From contig RHPI01002438.1 of NCBI GenBank assembly GCA_009103225.1, positions 1,060,755-1,124,754 on the forward strand: a stretch of DNA of 64,000 nt, in the 5' to 3' direction. The translations under genes were made by a program, and so were the position numbers. The notes beneath the pieces are model-generated. The model did not search any database, was not told where the DNA came from, and saw only the letters and a program-made list of their open reading frames with translations. Position 1 is the stretch's first letter; the number at the start of each line of letters is the position of its first letter. This document shows positions 38,250-51,113 of this stretch, in pieces. This stretch comes from Chlorokybus atmophyticus. Lineage: Eukaryota > Plantae > Mesostigma and Chlorokybus algae.

Positions 38250-38903
38250 GTTGCCAAACCACTACTTGTCGTCCTCCACCCCCCGCCAGCGACAACGACA
38301 ACAACCACCTGCCGCCGCCGCCGCCGTTAACTAACCGATAAATGCGGCTCCCAAGCTGGCACTCACGGTTAAACCTTTTGCTTAAAACATGATTGTAGCT
38401 ACATGGCTGTAACCACAGTGTGTCCAGCTTGCTCATTCAGCGCCGCCGCCGCCGCTGCGGTATCGTCAAGCACGTGAGCCTTGAGGTGCAGCCCGTTGAA
38501 GGCTTCAGTGAGCTTGCTGTAAGCTTACTGGGTTGATACTAGGTATTGGCTCCTGTGGCACTGGCTTGCGTAATGTCGAAGAGGTGAGAAGCTATCCGCC
38601 GGTATGGCCTTGCATGGACTGACAGTGAGCACCAAGACATGCTTGCTTGCTTGTTCAGTTGTGTTCATCAGCAATTGATTGATCCCTTGACAATTGCTTG
38701 ACGATGTCTACGTGAAAGATCTGGTCGTTGGTGACTGGCTGTCCATTGCTTGGCAGGTCTGTGGGATTTGACATTGCTGAGTACCAAGAGTTCCCAAGCA
38801 AGCAAATAGCTCGCTAGCTCAGGACCGGAGATAGCTGTCTCAGCACTTGTATGCTTAGCTAGCAAGTACGTTAGTTGCAAGTGTAAAGAAGCACTCAGGC
38901 AGT

Positions 38904-40994
38904 ATGGCTGGGGGGGACAGCAACGGGCATGTTGCTGATCCCGAGGCGCCATCAACGGCAGACAAGCTCGTTGAGGCAAATGCCAAGTTTACGCGCTCGG
39001 ATAGCAGAGCATGGAGAGCGCCGTTCTTCATAGGTGAGGTCATCCTCTGATCAATGCTTCAATGATCACACGAAATTGTGTATGCAGATTGTCTGCACAA
39101 ACTGCTTGAGAACTGCATTGCTGATTGTGTTCTTGGAACACAGCTGGCGGCTTTTGCTACTAGTCTTGGTAGCTGTGTTTGCATTGGTCAGCATTGTTGT
39201 TGCTGATTGTTTTTGGCATTAGTTTGCTGCGCATTGTGCTGGGACCAGCATTGAGCGGCATTGTTGGTGCACTAGGGGTTGCGGGCGGGACTGCTTCAGG
39301 CAAGACGACGGTGTGCAATCAGATCATGCAGAGGCTGAAGCACCACCGCGTGGTGTTGATCTCACAGGACAGCTTCTACAGAGGCCTGACCACAGTCGAG
39401 CTCGAGCGCGCTGCACAAGGAGAGTACAACTTTGATCATCCTGATGCTTTTGACCACTTGGCCATGCTGCAAACCCTCAGCGAACTACGAACAGGCCAAC
39501 AGGTTGGATGCGTGATCGCTACTTTATGTTCACCAAGCATTGCATCATGCCTGAAGCCTTGTAAGAGATTGACTCAGGTCCGTTTGTGTGTACAGGTTGA
39601 CATACCCATCTATGACTTTGTGACGCATCAGCGCTCAGCGCAAGTGCGCAAACTGAATCCGGGGGATGTTGTCATACTGGAGGGCATACTGGTGTTTCAT
39701 GATCCCAAAGTGCGGGACATTCTCAACATGAAGGTATAGGAACCGTTCTCCCTCAGCTGCAAGCCGCTTGATAAGTTGATGTGTTGACGTGTTGTGTCAT
39801 CACAGGTGTTTGTTGATACTGATGCCGATGTGCGTCTTGCGCGACGTATCACAAGAGACACTCTGCACCGCGGTCGGAGTGTTGAGAGCGTGATTGAGCA
39901 ATACAGCAAGTTTGTGAAGCCCGCTTTTGACACATGGATTGCTCCCACCAAGAAGTAAGTAGTGTGCACACTGCCACACTCAATGCTTCTTGTATACATT
40001 GGAATTGTTGCTGGCAGGTATGCGGACGTCATCATCCCCAGGGGAGGTGACAACATGGTTGCAATCGATCTGATTGTCCAGCATATACGCACCAAACTCG
40101 GCATACACGACTTGCGGAAAATATACAACAACGTGATTGTCATCCCGTCTAACTTCCAGGTTGGCTGCTTGCCTCCTACACAAGACTGCTCATCTGTGTT
40201 GCTTTCTGACTGATAGTAAATGTGCGCGTATGTTGGGTTCAGGTGCGAGGCATGCACACGATCATCCGCGACAAGACCACGACGAAAACAGACTTCGTGT
40301 TCTACTCTGATCGTCTCATCCGGCTTGTTGTCGAGCATGGCCTCGGACACTTGCCATTCATGGAGAAGGCTGTCATCACACCAACCGGAGGATGCTACAT
40401 AGGTTAGTCACAGGATGGTACATTTATGGTGCATGTTATTGTCACCTTGTAGTCACTAGTTTCACGTCATCAATCTGCTCCAGCTGAATTGTCCCTTGCT
40501 TGCACGTTCATTTGCATGTTGGGTTGCCTGATTGTGTGCTTCCTTCAGGTGTTGAGTTCTCGAGGCGCTTGTGCGGCGTGTCCATCATCCGTAGTGGTGA
40601 GAGCATGGAGAATGCGCTGCGTGCCTGCTGTCAGGGCATCAAGATAGGGAAGGTATTGATTCACCGCGCGGGCAGCGACGACGGGAAGCACCTCGTGTAC
40701 GAGAAGCTCCCAAAAGACATTGCCGACAGGCACGTCCTCCTGCTTGATCCCATTCTCGCGACGGGCAACTCGGCCATACGCGCCATTGAAATACTCCTCG
40801 CCAAAGGCGTACCCGAGAACCGCATCATCTTCCTCAATCTGATATCCGCTCCAGAGGGCATCCACCAGGTGTGCAAGCGGTTCCCGCAGCTGTCTATTAT
40901 TACTTCGGAGATAGATGAGGGTCTTGCCGAAGACCATCAAGTGCTTCCTGGTGTTGGGGAGTTTGGAGACAGGTATTTCGGCACGGACGATTGA
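38904..40994 (+). CDS. UKL: Uridine kinase-like protein (uridine kinase plus UPRT fusion)
   Basis: [68 protein letters not shown] part: [58 protein letters not shown]. Confidence 0.96.
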
Positions 40995-41768
40995 TGTTTG
41001 GGGGGTTGTGTGCATATACATGTTTGCACATCCGCGCATTCAGCTTCTCATTGTGTACAGCATTCTTGCGTCTATATGCTATGCGCCCAGATGTTGTATC
41101 TCTAAAGTTTGGGAGGGTGCAATGTGTGAAAGTACAATGGTTGTGTTTGTTTTGATCAGTCAATTTGCACTCCGACACCAACGCATTCACATCTTGTATG
41201 GCAAGCGTGCCAGCAAGGGTTGGCAGTGCTTTTGACAAGCCTCTGCATGCTACATACGCGGCGACGTAGCTTCATTCAACCTGGCAATGCCAACACCAGT
41301 CACACATGCCAGAAAATCGCTGGTAGTAAGTGCCCAGCTTGACAGCACTGCGCCAGATGAGTGTTGATCACACACGACGGGTTGTGAGCTTAGCCTCGAA
41401 CCTCTACACCATGCCCTGACAAGAAAAGTGCATTGCACAGGCAAAGCAAAGCTGCAGCAGACTCACCTGCCCAGAAACATTTTCAAAATCAGCCACAGAT
41501 TGCTCATAGCCCTCCCAGATTACCGCAGGAAGTGTTAACCCATTCTGGCGTACATGCGTACTGGCACTAGCGGACGCACTACCGGCAATGCTGGCGTGCA
41601 AGTCTTACTGGCGTTGGCAGAAGCAGTGGCACTGGCAAGCCGCGGCGGTACTGGCAGTTGCGGTTGACTGGCAGAGAAGCATCACGTGTGGGCAGCTTGG
41701 CCTGGCGAGCGGCGGGGGCGGCGGCGGCGGCGGCGTGCTGGGATGACCGCCAGGCTGCTTCTATCGGC

Positions 41769-44458
41769 ATGAGCGGCTTGACAGCTGCTTCTGCTGTCGG
41801 CGCTGTGCTCCTGCTCCTGCTCCTGCTTGCGCTTGTGCGAGGAGATCAGCCGACAGGTGCAGAGGCATCTCAGCTAAAGGTCCTGCAACTCACTGACCTC
41901 CACCTGGACGCCGCCTACACAGCCGGTTCTGAGACGGCCTGCGCATGCCCGCCATGCTGCCATCGCCCACAATCAGGCTTGGGACCTGAAGAGGCGGGCG
42001 ACGACGCTCCGCTGCCGCCAGTGCAGCAGCCTGCCAGGCCACTTGGTTAGTCCCACCTCTCTAGCACACTGCGCAAAGCATACATGCATGCATCATTGTC
42101 GAAATGAGAGCAATACAACAACCAGTTTGTCGCGCGTTGCATGCTGCTGCTGCTGCGAGCAGCGAATCATTAAACACCATCACTCATGTCTTTGCGCTTG
42201 CATGCATGCAATACGAGGCAGTCTTAAAAGTGCTTAGGACTTGTAGTATGATACTTGGCACTTAAGGCTTGTTGTGGATTCTTCTTCTTGACAGGAGAGT
42301 ACAAGTGCGACTCTCCGCTTGCTTTATTGCACTCAGCTGTTGCATTTGCTGCCCAGTTGAAGCCAGACATTGTCCTCATCACGGGGTGAGTCTGCACACT
42401 TTATCGTCACGTAGTTCAGCAGCTACAGAGACGCATGCATTGCACATGCACATACGCGCCGGTGTGCTCGCGCAAGCACTTGCACATGAGCACAGGCACA
42501 CGCGCATGCACATAGAGCAAACAATAGTTTCTTGCTTGATGCTTCACGCATGTCATAAGCTGAGAGGACAACATTGAGCCTTTAGCATGCTTCTCGCCAG
42601 GGACTTTGCACCACATGAGCTGCCGCCTGATCAGGCAGAGGCACAGGTTGTTGTGTTGGAGTCAATACGAGCAGCCACAGCCATTGTTGAAGCAGCATTG
42701 CCTGGCGTACCCTTGTACGGCCTGCTGGTAACCATTGCGCACACAACGTTGCAGGAGTGCAGAGACAAGTGTTGATTGTGCTTGGTTGTTGATTGCAGGG
42801 CAATGCTGACTTTGTTCCAAAGAATACGGATGCCGGCAAGGAGCATCGCAGCTGGCTGACAACAGCTGTGAGTTGTCTTGTTGAATTGCTGTTTGGCCAT
42901 AATGACACGCGCACAATAGACTGATCTTGTGTTGGAATCAGGTCGCAAGTATATGGAGGCGCTGGCTTCCAAATGATGCGCAGCAACAACTGTCACTGCA
43001 CGGTTACTACGAGGTGCGAGGATGGTGCTTGTCTTGCTGCAGACGGTGAGGACGTCAGTGATTTTTTCTGCTTCAATGCACAATGCACAATGCCCCTGCA
43101 GGTGCCTGTGACGCCCTCATTACACATTGTTGCGCTGAACACACAGTAAGTTCTTGCTGTCATGCTGTTCCCAAGACACGCACATGCGCGCTCACGCTCG
43201 CGCTCTCGCATTTGCACAGACAGCATCAACCTTTGACTACTCACCATCATCTAACAATAGACCGATTTTAGGTGCTGCTATGTCCGCAACTTCCATGTGT
43301 TTGTAGATGACGGGCCTGCTTCCGAGCAGCTCCAGTGGCTTCGTTCTGTGCTTGATCACGCGCGTGCAGCGGGCATCAAGTGCCTGATTGCTGGTCATGT
43401 GCCACCAGGTACAGTGGGCTTGTTGAGTGTTAGAGACATCGCTGTGTAGGCAACAACCAAAAGGCATGATGTGTTCTCATTGCAGGACTGGGAAGTGGCT
43501 GCTGGGGCAACTACAGTGCGCAGTATCAACAGCTGGTGTCTGATTACGCTGACGTCATTGTTGCGCAGCTGTATGGACACATGCACACAGGCTCAATGAG
43601 GTACACACAAAGACAGTTGTAACATCACTCTACTCGCTGGAATACCGCGGTGATCAAGTGGGTTTAAGTGCATGTTGCGTCTTCTCTCCAGGCTAATGGG
43701 AAACACCGTCGCATATGTGACCCCATCGCTTTCACCGCATGATCTGCAGCAAAATCCATCATTCCGCATCTACACGCTGGGAGCTGAGGTACACACAACA
43801 ATAACTGACAGCACACACGGTCCAGACAGCCAACATTAGGCCCACACTACAGGGAGTTACCTCATTTGAGCAGTATAGCTTGGACCTTTCATCACCGCAT
43901 CCGAGCAATGAAGGCTGGGAGATGACTTATAACCCACTGAATCTGTGGGAGATGGAAGGCATGACTGCCAAACACTGGCAGCGCATTGTGACGGACATGA
44001 AAGCCAATGGCACCATGCTGGACACATTTTTGAGGGTCGAGGGGAACAATGGTCAGTGGATGCAACAGCAAATGAGGGTGAGCAGCAGTTAATGATACAC
44101 TGCAGTAGCCAGCCAACTTTGTCATGACATATATACACATTGCTATACTCTGTACTCTTATATTCTGATGACAATGTGTGTGTGGCTGTGTGTGTAGCGC
44201 AATCGTTGGGCCAGGGAGAACTTCTTCTGCATCTTGCGCCATGCAAGCACGGTGGAGCATGTGGAGTGCATTGGCAAGTCCGAAGAGATGATCCTTAAGA
44301 TGTATCTCGGCCAGGAGTTGTACGAGTTGACGGCACTGTTCCCTTTCCCCGTCCTATTTGCACACTTCTGCTCCGGGCTGCCGCACGTCGGCTCAACAGC
44401 ATGCGCACTAGCCAAAGCGTCGATAGAACCAGTTGTGGTGGACTCAAGACAGCTGTAA
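41769..44458 (+). CDS. Secreted acid-sphingomyelinase-like (SMPDL/PPN1-type) calcineurin-like metallophosphoesterase
   Basis: Hydrophobic signal peptide, LQLTDLHLD, YKCDSP, ITGDFAPH, GNAD, ALNT, QLQWL, GHVPPG, QLYGHMH, PSLSP..NPSFRIY. Some exon borders are approximate. Confidence 0.82.
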
Positions 44459-44563
44459 AATTGACATCAATACTGAGTGTTGCTGTCGGTGCATTGATGG
44501 TGCACGCCGTTCTTGTTGGGGCACTCGTGGCATGAAGATGATGTTTGCTTTATGCTCTCTCTC

Positions 44564-45079
44564 TATGACAAACCACTAGGCCACAAAAGCACGAAGTGTG
44601 TTCTATGGCCATTGTGGCGTTATTATCAAGTCGTCCCGTGACATTCCCCTCCACTTAGGTATGTAATGCCCTCATTAGATGTGAGTTTTTATAGAGCATC
44701 TCGTCAGTAGCAGTGGAAGCGCTTTGTAACCATCACTGAGTAGTCGCAGCGCGCATTATGCTGCTGAGTGACCGACTGTCAGTCGCCATCAGGCAAGTCG
44801 CGCGGTACTACCTAGCGGCGGCTCCAGGTACGCGCGACGCGTCGGAATGACCGACTGGCGTCCGGCAATTCGCGCGTTGCACTGAGCAAACGCGCAACCC
44901 ATCATTTTTGGTAATAACAACGACCTCAAAAATACTTCTTGGTCTGCCGCGAAGCGGTTTCGACCTCAGGGTCTTTCGGCCTCAAGCTCCGATGACCAAT
45001 GTAACCAACCACTAGGCCACAAAAGCATGAAGTGTGTTTGGTGGCCATTGTGGCGTTATTATCAAGTCGTCCCGTGACT
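44564..45079 (-). mobile_element. TRIM (non-autonomous LTR retrotransposon), family 2
   Basis: 80-bp LTRs at 44564-44643 and 45000-45079 with 8 mismatches and slightly decayed termini. TSD CTCTC at 44559-44563 and 45080-45084 within a (CT)n tract. PBS TGGTCATCGGAGC at 44998-44986. PPT GGAGGGGAA at 44652-44644. Confidence 0.88.
44956..45019 (-). promoter_or_regulatory. Putative type-2 Pol III promoter in TRIM 2
   Basis: A box TGGCCTAGTGG (45019-45009). B-box-like AGGTCGAAACC (44966-44956), 2 mismatches to consensus. The spacer is 42 nt. Confidence 0.55.
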
Positions 45080-45832
45080 CTCTCTCTCTCGCGCGCGCGC
45101 GCAATACCCTCCATTGCATCGCTATCAAGTGCTTCCACAAGACTTCAAAACCAGGTGGTTCACGAGTGCATGTAAACATAGAGGGTAACCTTATCCGCTA
45201 CTAATATACTAGTATGTATTTGCAATTGCATATTGGTGACCTCATAAAATAAGCAGTTCATGTTGATATTATGCAGTCGGTGGATTCATGTTGCAACCAA
45301 TTCTAATGCAACACACGCTTTGTGGCATTGCACTTCATGCAATCTTATCAATAACTGCGCTGATCTTACATATGTTGTTTTCTGAGGGGGGACCCGATGC
45401 GAAGTGTTACATATGTATAAACCATTGCGTACGTATGTATGGTTATTTAACTTCTGTGTTTTTATGTTATTTTTTCATGTTTTACACAATATCGCGACAT
45501 GTCAGCGTAACGTCACATTATGTAGTAATTGTGCCCATTATGTACTGTAACTAATATACCATTGCTAAACGTGCAACTTGTTATATGTGCATGCATGTGA
45601 TGGAATATATACGCTTAAAGAATGATAACAAATACACATGGTGTACCATGCACGATTTCACAGTGCATGTTCATCATGCAAAACGGGGAATCTCACCTCT
45701 TGCAAATCGTATTTTTAGGGAGAGTTGCTGATGAATTCCAAGATAAAATGCTTTGTCTTGATAACTGTCTACCTTTCAACATTGGATGAGATTTAAAAAA
45801 ACATTCAATGCGTGTAGGACCCCCCCCCCCCC

Positions 45833-46063
45833 NNNNNNNNNNNNNNNNNNNNNNNNNNNNNNNNNNNNNNNNNNNNNNNNNNNNNNNNNNNNNNNNNNNN
45901 NNNNNNNNNNNNNNNNNNNNNNNNNNNNNNNNNNNNNNNNNNNNNNNNNNNNNNNNNNNNNNNNNNNNNNNNNNNNNNNNNNNNNNNNNNNNNNNNNNNN
46001 NNNNNNNNNNNNNNNNNNNNNNNNNNNNNNNNNNNNNNNNNNNNNNNNNNNNNNNNNNNNNNN
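45833..46063. other. Assembly gap flanked by poly-C
   Basis: Run of N. Confidence 1.
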
Positions 46064-46370
46064 GGCCCCCCCCCCCCCCCCCCCTTTGGTTGCAAAGTCC
46101 GTACAGAAGGCAGCGCCGGACACGCGACAACATGCCACGTCGGAGGCTGTCTTGGTCGTTGATTGGTCACTTGAAAATCCAAACACTTGGCCAACAAGCA
46201 GGAAGCTGCCGTGCACGTCGAAACCTAACATCCCCCCAGCCCGTTTGATTCACCAAGTTTAGTTCACGTTGAGGTAAGTGGTTCACCAAAATTAGGGTTA
46301 GCAATCTGGCTCGGCAGTGTCGCAGGCGGCGGCGGAGGTGTAGGCGGTAGAGGGGTTGTCGGCGAGGCGG

Positions 46371-49300
46371 ATGCTGCGGGGAGGCTTGGCGGGAGCTTGG
46401 CAGCGCTCTCTGTCCTTGCCACCGCCGCTGCTGACGACGTTGAAGCCGCCGTCTCTTGCGCCTCCTGCAAGGAGCACCAAGCAGTGCGTGACGGCACAGG
46501 AAGCTCCTGCCTCAAGCGAGGAGAGCGCTGGGGTAAGCAGCAGTCCCAGGGTCAGCAGCAGTGTTAGCAAGGTCAGGGTTGTGGGTGGTAGTAAAGGGCG
46601 GGCGACAGTCTGGACTGTGGACCCAGCGCCGAGGGAGCTGACAGCGGAGATCAGGGCTCGCCGCACGGAGGAGCGCCGCCGCCGCAAAGACGCGGAGACA
46701 AAGCCTTGGTACGGCAGGCACCGCCACGCACGTCAAAGCTCCGACCAGCCCGACCGCACGCTCACTCGCCAGATTACCTTCTTTGCACAGCGACGGCAGC
46801 TTGACAAAGTAAGCCATTGCGCTCACATCTTGTACCGGAAAGCCAATCATGCTCTACGTAGTTGTGCATGTAGAAGTGGCCATCAATGGTGACTGCATTG
46901 ACTTGCGTATTGCTTGTTGGGGTCGCCAAATTTATTGACCAGCTCAGCGCAAGGATAGCGCGTTTGAACTGCAACGCATGCCGTGTCGAGTCTGTCATGC
47001 AGTTCTTGTGCACATCGTCAGTAAACCAAACTGCGATAGAGGTATCTGGTGGCATGGTGAAGGCAAAGCAACATCCGGTTGCACACTGATGTCACAGCTG
47101 ACTGAGTGTAAAACTGCCTTTGCTTGCCACCAGTACGTCACGCATGCAGAAGCAAGACTGTTTGTTATGACATCGCCAAGCAGCGTGCAACTATGTATAT
47201 AGCATAACTGACTGCTGAGCATCCCTTTGCTTGATAACTCCCCATTATTGGCAGTCGGCCTAATGATTACAACGCAGACGAGGTTTGTATACCTGTTTTG
47301 CACCGGAGATGTGTGGATTTCAAGTGCATGACAACGGCATTGCAGTTATGCCGCGCAATCAGTGGTGTTGTGTGCTTTGTTGCAGTGCACACTGGTTGTC
47401 AGTGCCCTACGCTACTTTGTTTGTACCATGTTGGGTGTTGAAGATGTTTCGTAGCATTTGTCTCGCGGACATGTCCACACGGTCTTGGCACTGCGCAATG
47501 TGAAGTGCTGGGTACATTATGCTGACTGTTGTGTGTGTGCAGATCTTTGAGCTGCTGTGTGAGAACACAGAGGCTGGTCGGCCTCCGAATCGCATCAGCT
47601 TAAATGCAGCTATTGAAGCTTGCATACACTGCGGAGATGTGGACCGCGCGCTGCAAGTGCTGGCTGAGATGGAAGAGGCGGACGGGCCGGGTGCAGATGC
47701 CGTTACATATGGCACTATAATAAAGGGGCTAGGGCAGGTCAGCATTGCATGCTAGATGTGATTGTGCTCAAGCATTTTCAGCAATGCTGCCTGGCTTTAA
47801 GTTTCGCATCAGCAGCATTGCCCATATGTTATTTGTCGTTGACAGGCAGGAAGGTTAGATTACGCATTCGCGTTGGTGGAGCGCCTGGACTCGACCAGAG
47901 TCCATCTATTATCGCTGCTCAATGCGTGCGCTGAGGCTGGAGATGCAGCGCGTGCGCGCGCCGTTATGTTCCAACTACGGCAACGTTTTGGTGTTTCCAC
48001 GCTAGCGTACAATGTATTGCTGAAGGCATACTCGCGATCAACACGGCCACAGGTAAGATGACCTTAACATACTGCTCTTTTGGGTAGTCCACTTGCTTGG
48101 ATATTGTTAATGCATGCATTTACTTGTGTATCAACGGAATAATGTTGTCCGCAGGAGGCGGACCGTATTTTGCAGGAGATGATCAGTGCTGGGGTTCAAC
48201 CAGACCGCATCTCTTACAACGCAGTGCTGTCTGCTGCTGTACGCGGTGGAGACCTGAACCGAGCCAGGGCGGTTGTCAACGAGATGCGCGAAGCGGCTGA
48301 GCAGCGAAATGACAAGAGCCTTCTCCCGAATGCGTCGACGTACACAACACTGGTAAAGGTGTGCTGCCATGCATGTTTCTTTCGGATGGACAATTGATGC
48401 AAATAGTAGTTGGCTACTAATTCAGGAAGGCCATGCACTGTGTTTTGCTCGGCTGTTGTGACTGCGTAAGTATTGTTGTTGTCTGAGTGCATGAATTGAA
48501 ATGAAAAGGGGTCATTGCGCACGAGTGGAGGCCATACATTTGCATTGACCCCCCCCCCCCTGCAAGCAGCAGAGACATGTTGTGACCTGAGCACCAATGG
48601 TAACTTTCTGAGCTCCAGCTGATCCCTGACCCTTTCCCTCAAGCAGTGCGCCCCTGACCAGGGCGTCCACCGGGCCGGGGGCGGCCGAGCTGGCGGAGTC
48701 ACCGCCGCCGCTGGCGCTGTCGCTCTGCCAGCGCCAAAGCACCATCCCGCCTGTTGTAAACACCCATACCAGGTCCAACATGTTGCCAAACCACTACTTG
48801 TCGTCCTCCACCCCCCGCCAGCGACAACGACAACAACCACCTGCCGCCGCCGCCGCCGTTAACTAACCGATAAATGCGGCTCCCAAGCTGGCACTCACGG
48901 TTAAACCTTTTGCTTAAAACATGATTNGGGCTGTGACAAAACCAGGGGACTGTTAGGTAGATTTGGTATAGTGGTGATGCTGGTTGTGTTGCATGTGTAT
49001 TAGGCTTGTGTGTTGTCATTGCTTACTTAACAGAGGGGGTGGGGGGCTGTGATAAGACTGGGGGGCTATGTAGGTTTACGCTTTGTTTTGGTGATGCTGG
49101 ATGGGTTGCAGGTGTATTGGGCGCATGTAGTATCACATGTACCCTGTGATACTGCATCCGCTTGACATTTGCCTACAAGCTGCTGATCAGAATGGCATGC
49201 TTGCATAATTGTGACTGTGGGAATGAGTTGCGTGTGAACAGGGAGGGTGGAGGGTGCATGGTAGTAGAAGCAATTTTTGACAAAAGAATCATCTCTCATC

Positions 49301-51113
49301 ATGTCAGTTATGTTGATACTGCCCGCTAAGCAGTCAACTTGGATTTGCTGTTAGGGCTTGGCGGCAGCTGACGAACCATCCGGTGGCGGTCTGGAGGCTG
49401 TCCGTGCTGTTGCTGAGGAGATGCAGAGTGGGGGTTGCGCACTGGACCGCATTGCGTACACTGCGTTGGTGGACGCTTTTGCCGCTACAGGGGCCGTGGA
49501 AGGTTTGTGTTTCAGGCACCAGTGTGGCAGTTCTTCTACCTTACACAAGTTGTGCACCGTGCTGCAACAGCTGTTGTGTGTATGGTTTCATGCTGCATGG
49601 CCTCCCATTTCCAGCATGGATCCGTTTACATAGAAACGTAGTGACAGTACGCATTAGCAACTGCTGTTCAGTGATGATCACGTTGTGATGTTTAAGTAAT
49701 AGGTAGATTATACAACAGGTGTTGGCTTCCTCTTCGTTGTCCAGTGCATGAGATACATGTGATTAGGAGCAGAGTTGGAAATGGCAGAGCCATTTGTCAT
49801 GATGTGGGTTGTCCAACTTATGATTATGTTGGGCGCTGCTGCGTTGTTGCCATGATGTGCACTGTTACTCCTTTGCAGAGGCCTGCACCATTTTGACCAG
49901 GATGGAGGGAATGGGCTTTGACAATGCAGAGCTACGCCCTCGAGCGCACGCGTACCTCTCTGTGATGAGGGCGCTTGCTGAAATGGGCGATGCCGATCTG
50001 TGCGAAACCATGTCGCAGCGCATGGTGGAAAAGGCAGCAGGCCGAGTTGGCCCTCCTGAGCGTAGTGAAGCAGATGAGCTTTGTGTTGAGGCAGCAGCTA
50101 ACGCAGGACAGGTGTGACATTGCATTGGGGCTGGTTCATGTCTCAAACATGAACACAAAGACCTTTACTTGGTTGTGTCAGAAAGGTTGATCGCTCCAGC
50201 GGGATGCATTTTTTATGCTTCATTAACTTCCTTTGTTTGTGCAGTTGCAACGAGCGCGCCTTCGATTGTTTGAAATGGAGCAAAGACGGGGCAGCTTAAT
50301 GTTGTCAGCACGAGCTTACAAGGTAGGGACCGCATGCTTGTGTGGTATCAGATGCAAGCAGGTATCTGATGTGACTGCATCCTGCAGGCTCTGTTGCGGC
50401 TCAATCTGCATGGCGAGTGGGACGTGAGCAACTATCAACCATACATATTCAAAGATCCGGTATGCTGTGCTACGATATGCAACCATCTATTGATGCAGGC
50501 TGATGCCCATGCTAGTGTGGTTATCATCTTTATGTTGCATATTCAGGCGAGGGTATACTCCATGATTAGCAGCATCATGGTGACGGCAGACAATGCTGGG
50601 ACCGTGCAGCCGGATGATGCCGTGAGCAGCATTGCGGGACGCTTTTTTGACTTGTACACCAATGCACTGCCGGTTGCGGACCAAAGGGGGAAGTGTGTCG
50701 GAATGCTTGAAGCTTCTGCGTGCACAGAGGTCAGGAACAGCTTGTCGATCAACTTGCATGGGGCAAACAGCGCATTGTACAGATTGTACATTGTAATTGA
50801 CTTGTGACTTACTCCAAGATTAGGTCTATGTTTGCCAATGAATATCTTTTTGCTTGTGCAGGTGAATCCTGAGGCACGAGTGTCCGACGTGATGCAGCCT
50901 CTTGGGGATGCGTTTGTAGATCAGAGAATGCGCATTGTGGATGCGGGCGAGTTGCTGGCGCAGCATAGGGCTGAAGTGCTCCCTGTGGTGGACTCGCAGG
51001 ACGGCGCGCTGCTCGGCATTGTGCGGAGAATTGACGTCTTTGCCTCTAGTCATGAGACATCGTCGATGCTAGATCACTCCACTCTAGACTACACAGCTGC
51101 TGCGATGGCTTAA
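46371..51113 (+). CDS. Pentatricopeptide-repeat protein with C-terminal CBS domains (plant PPR-CBS type), probably organelle-targeted
   Basis: RRQLDK|IFE, PPR helices (ISLNAAIEACIHCGDVDRALQVL, DAVTYGTIIKGLG, LAYNVLLKAY, DRISYNAVLSAAV, DRIAYTALVDAF), and CBS-like exons at about 50546-50731 and 50862-51113. Confidence 0.88.
48560..48926 (-). repeat. 367-bp apparently identical copy of 38028-38394 (SRPRA exon 1 and upstream) inside a PPR intron
   Basis: Letter-for-letter match by eye. Bounded by a C12 run on the left and a single N at 48927 on the right. Confidence 0.92.
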
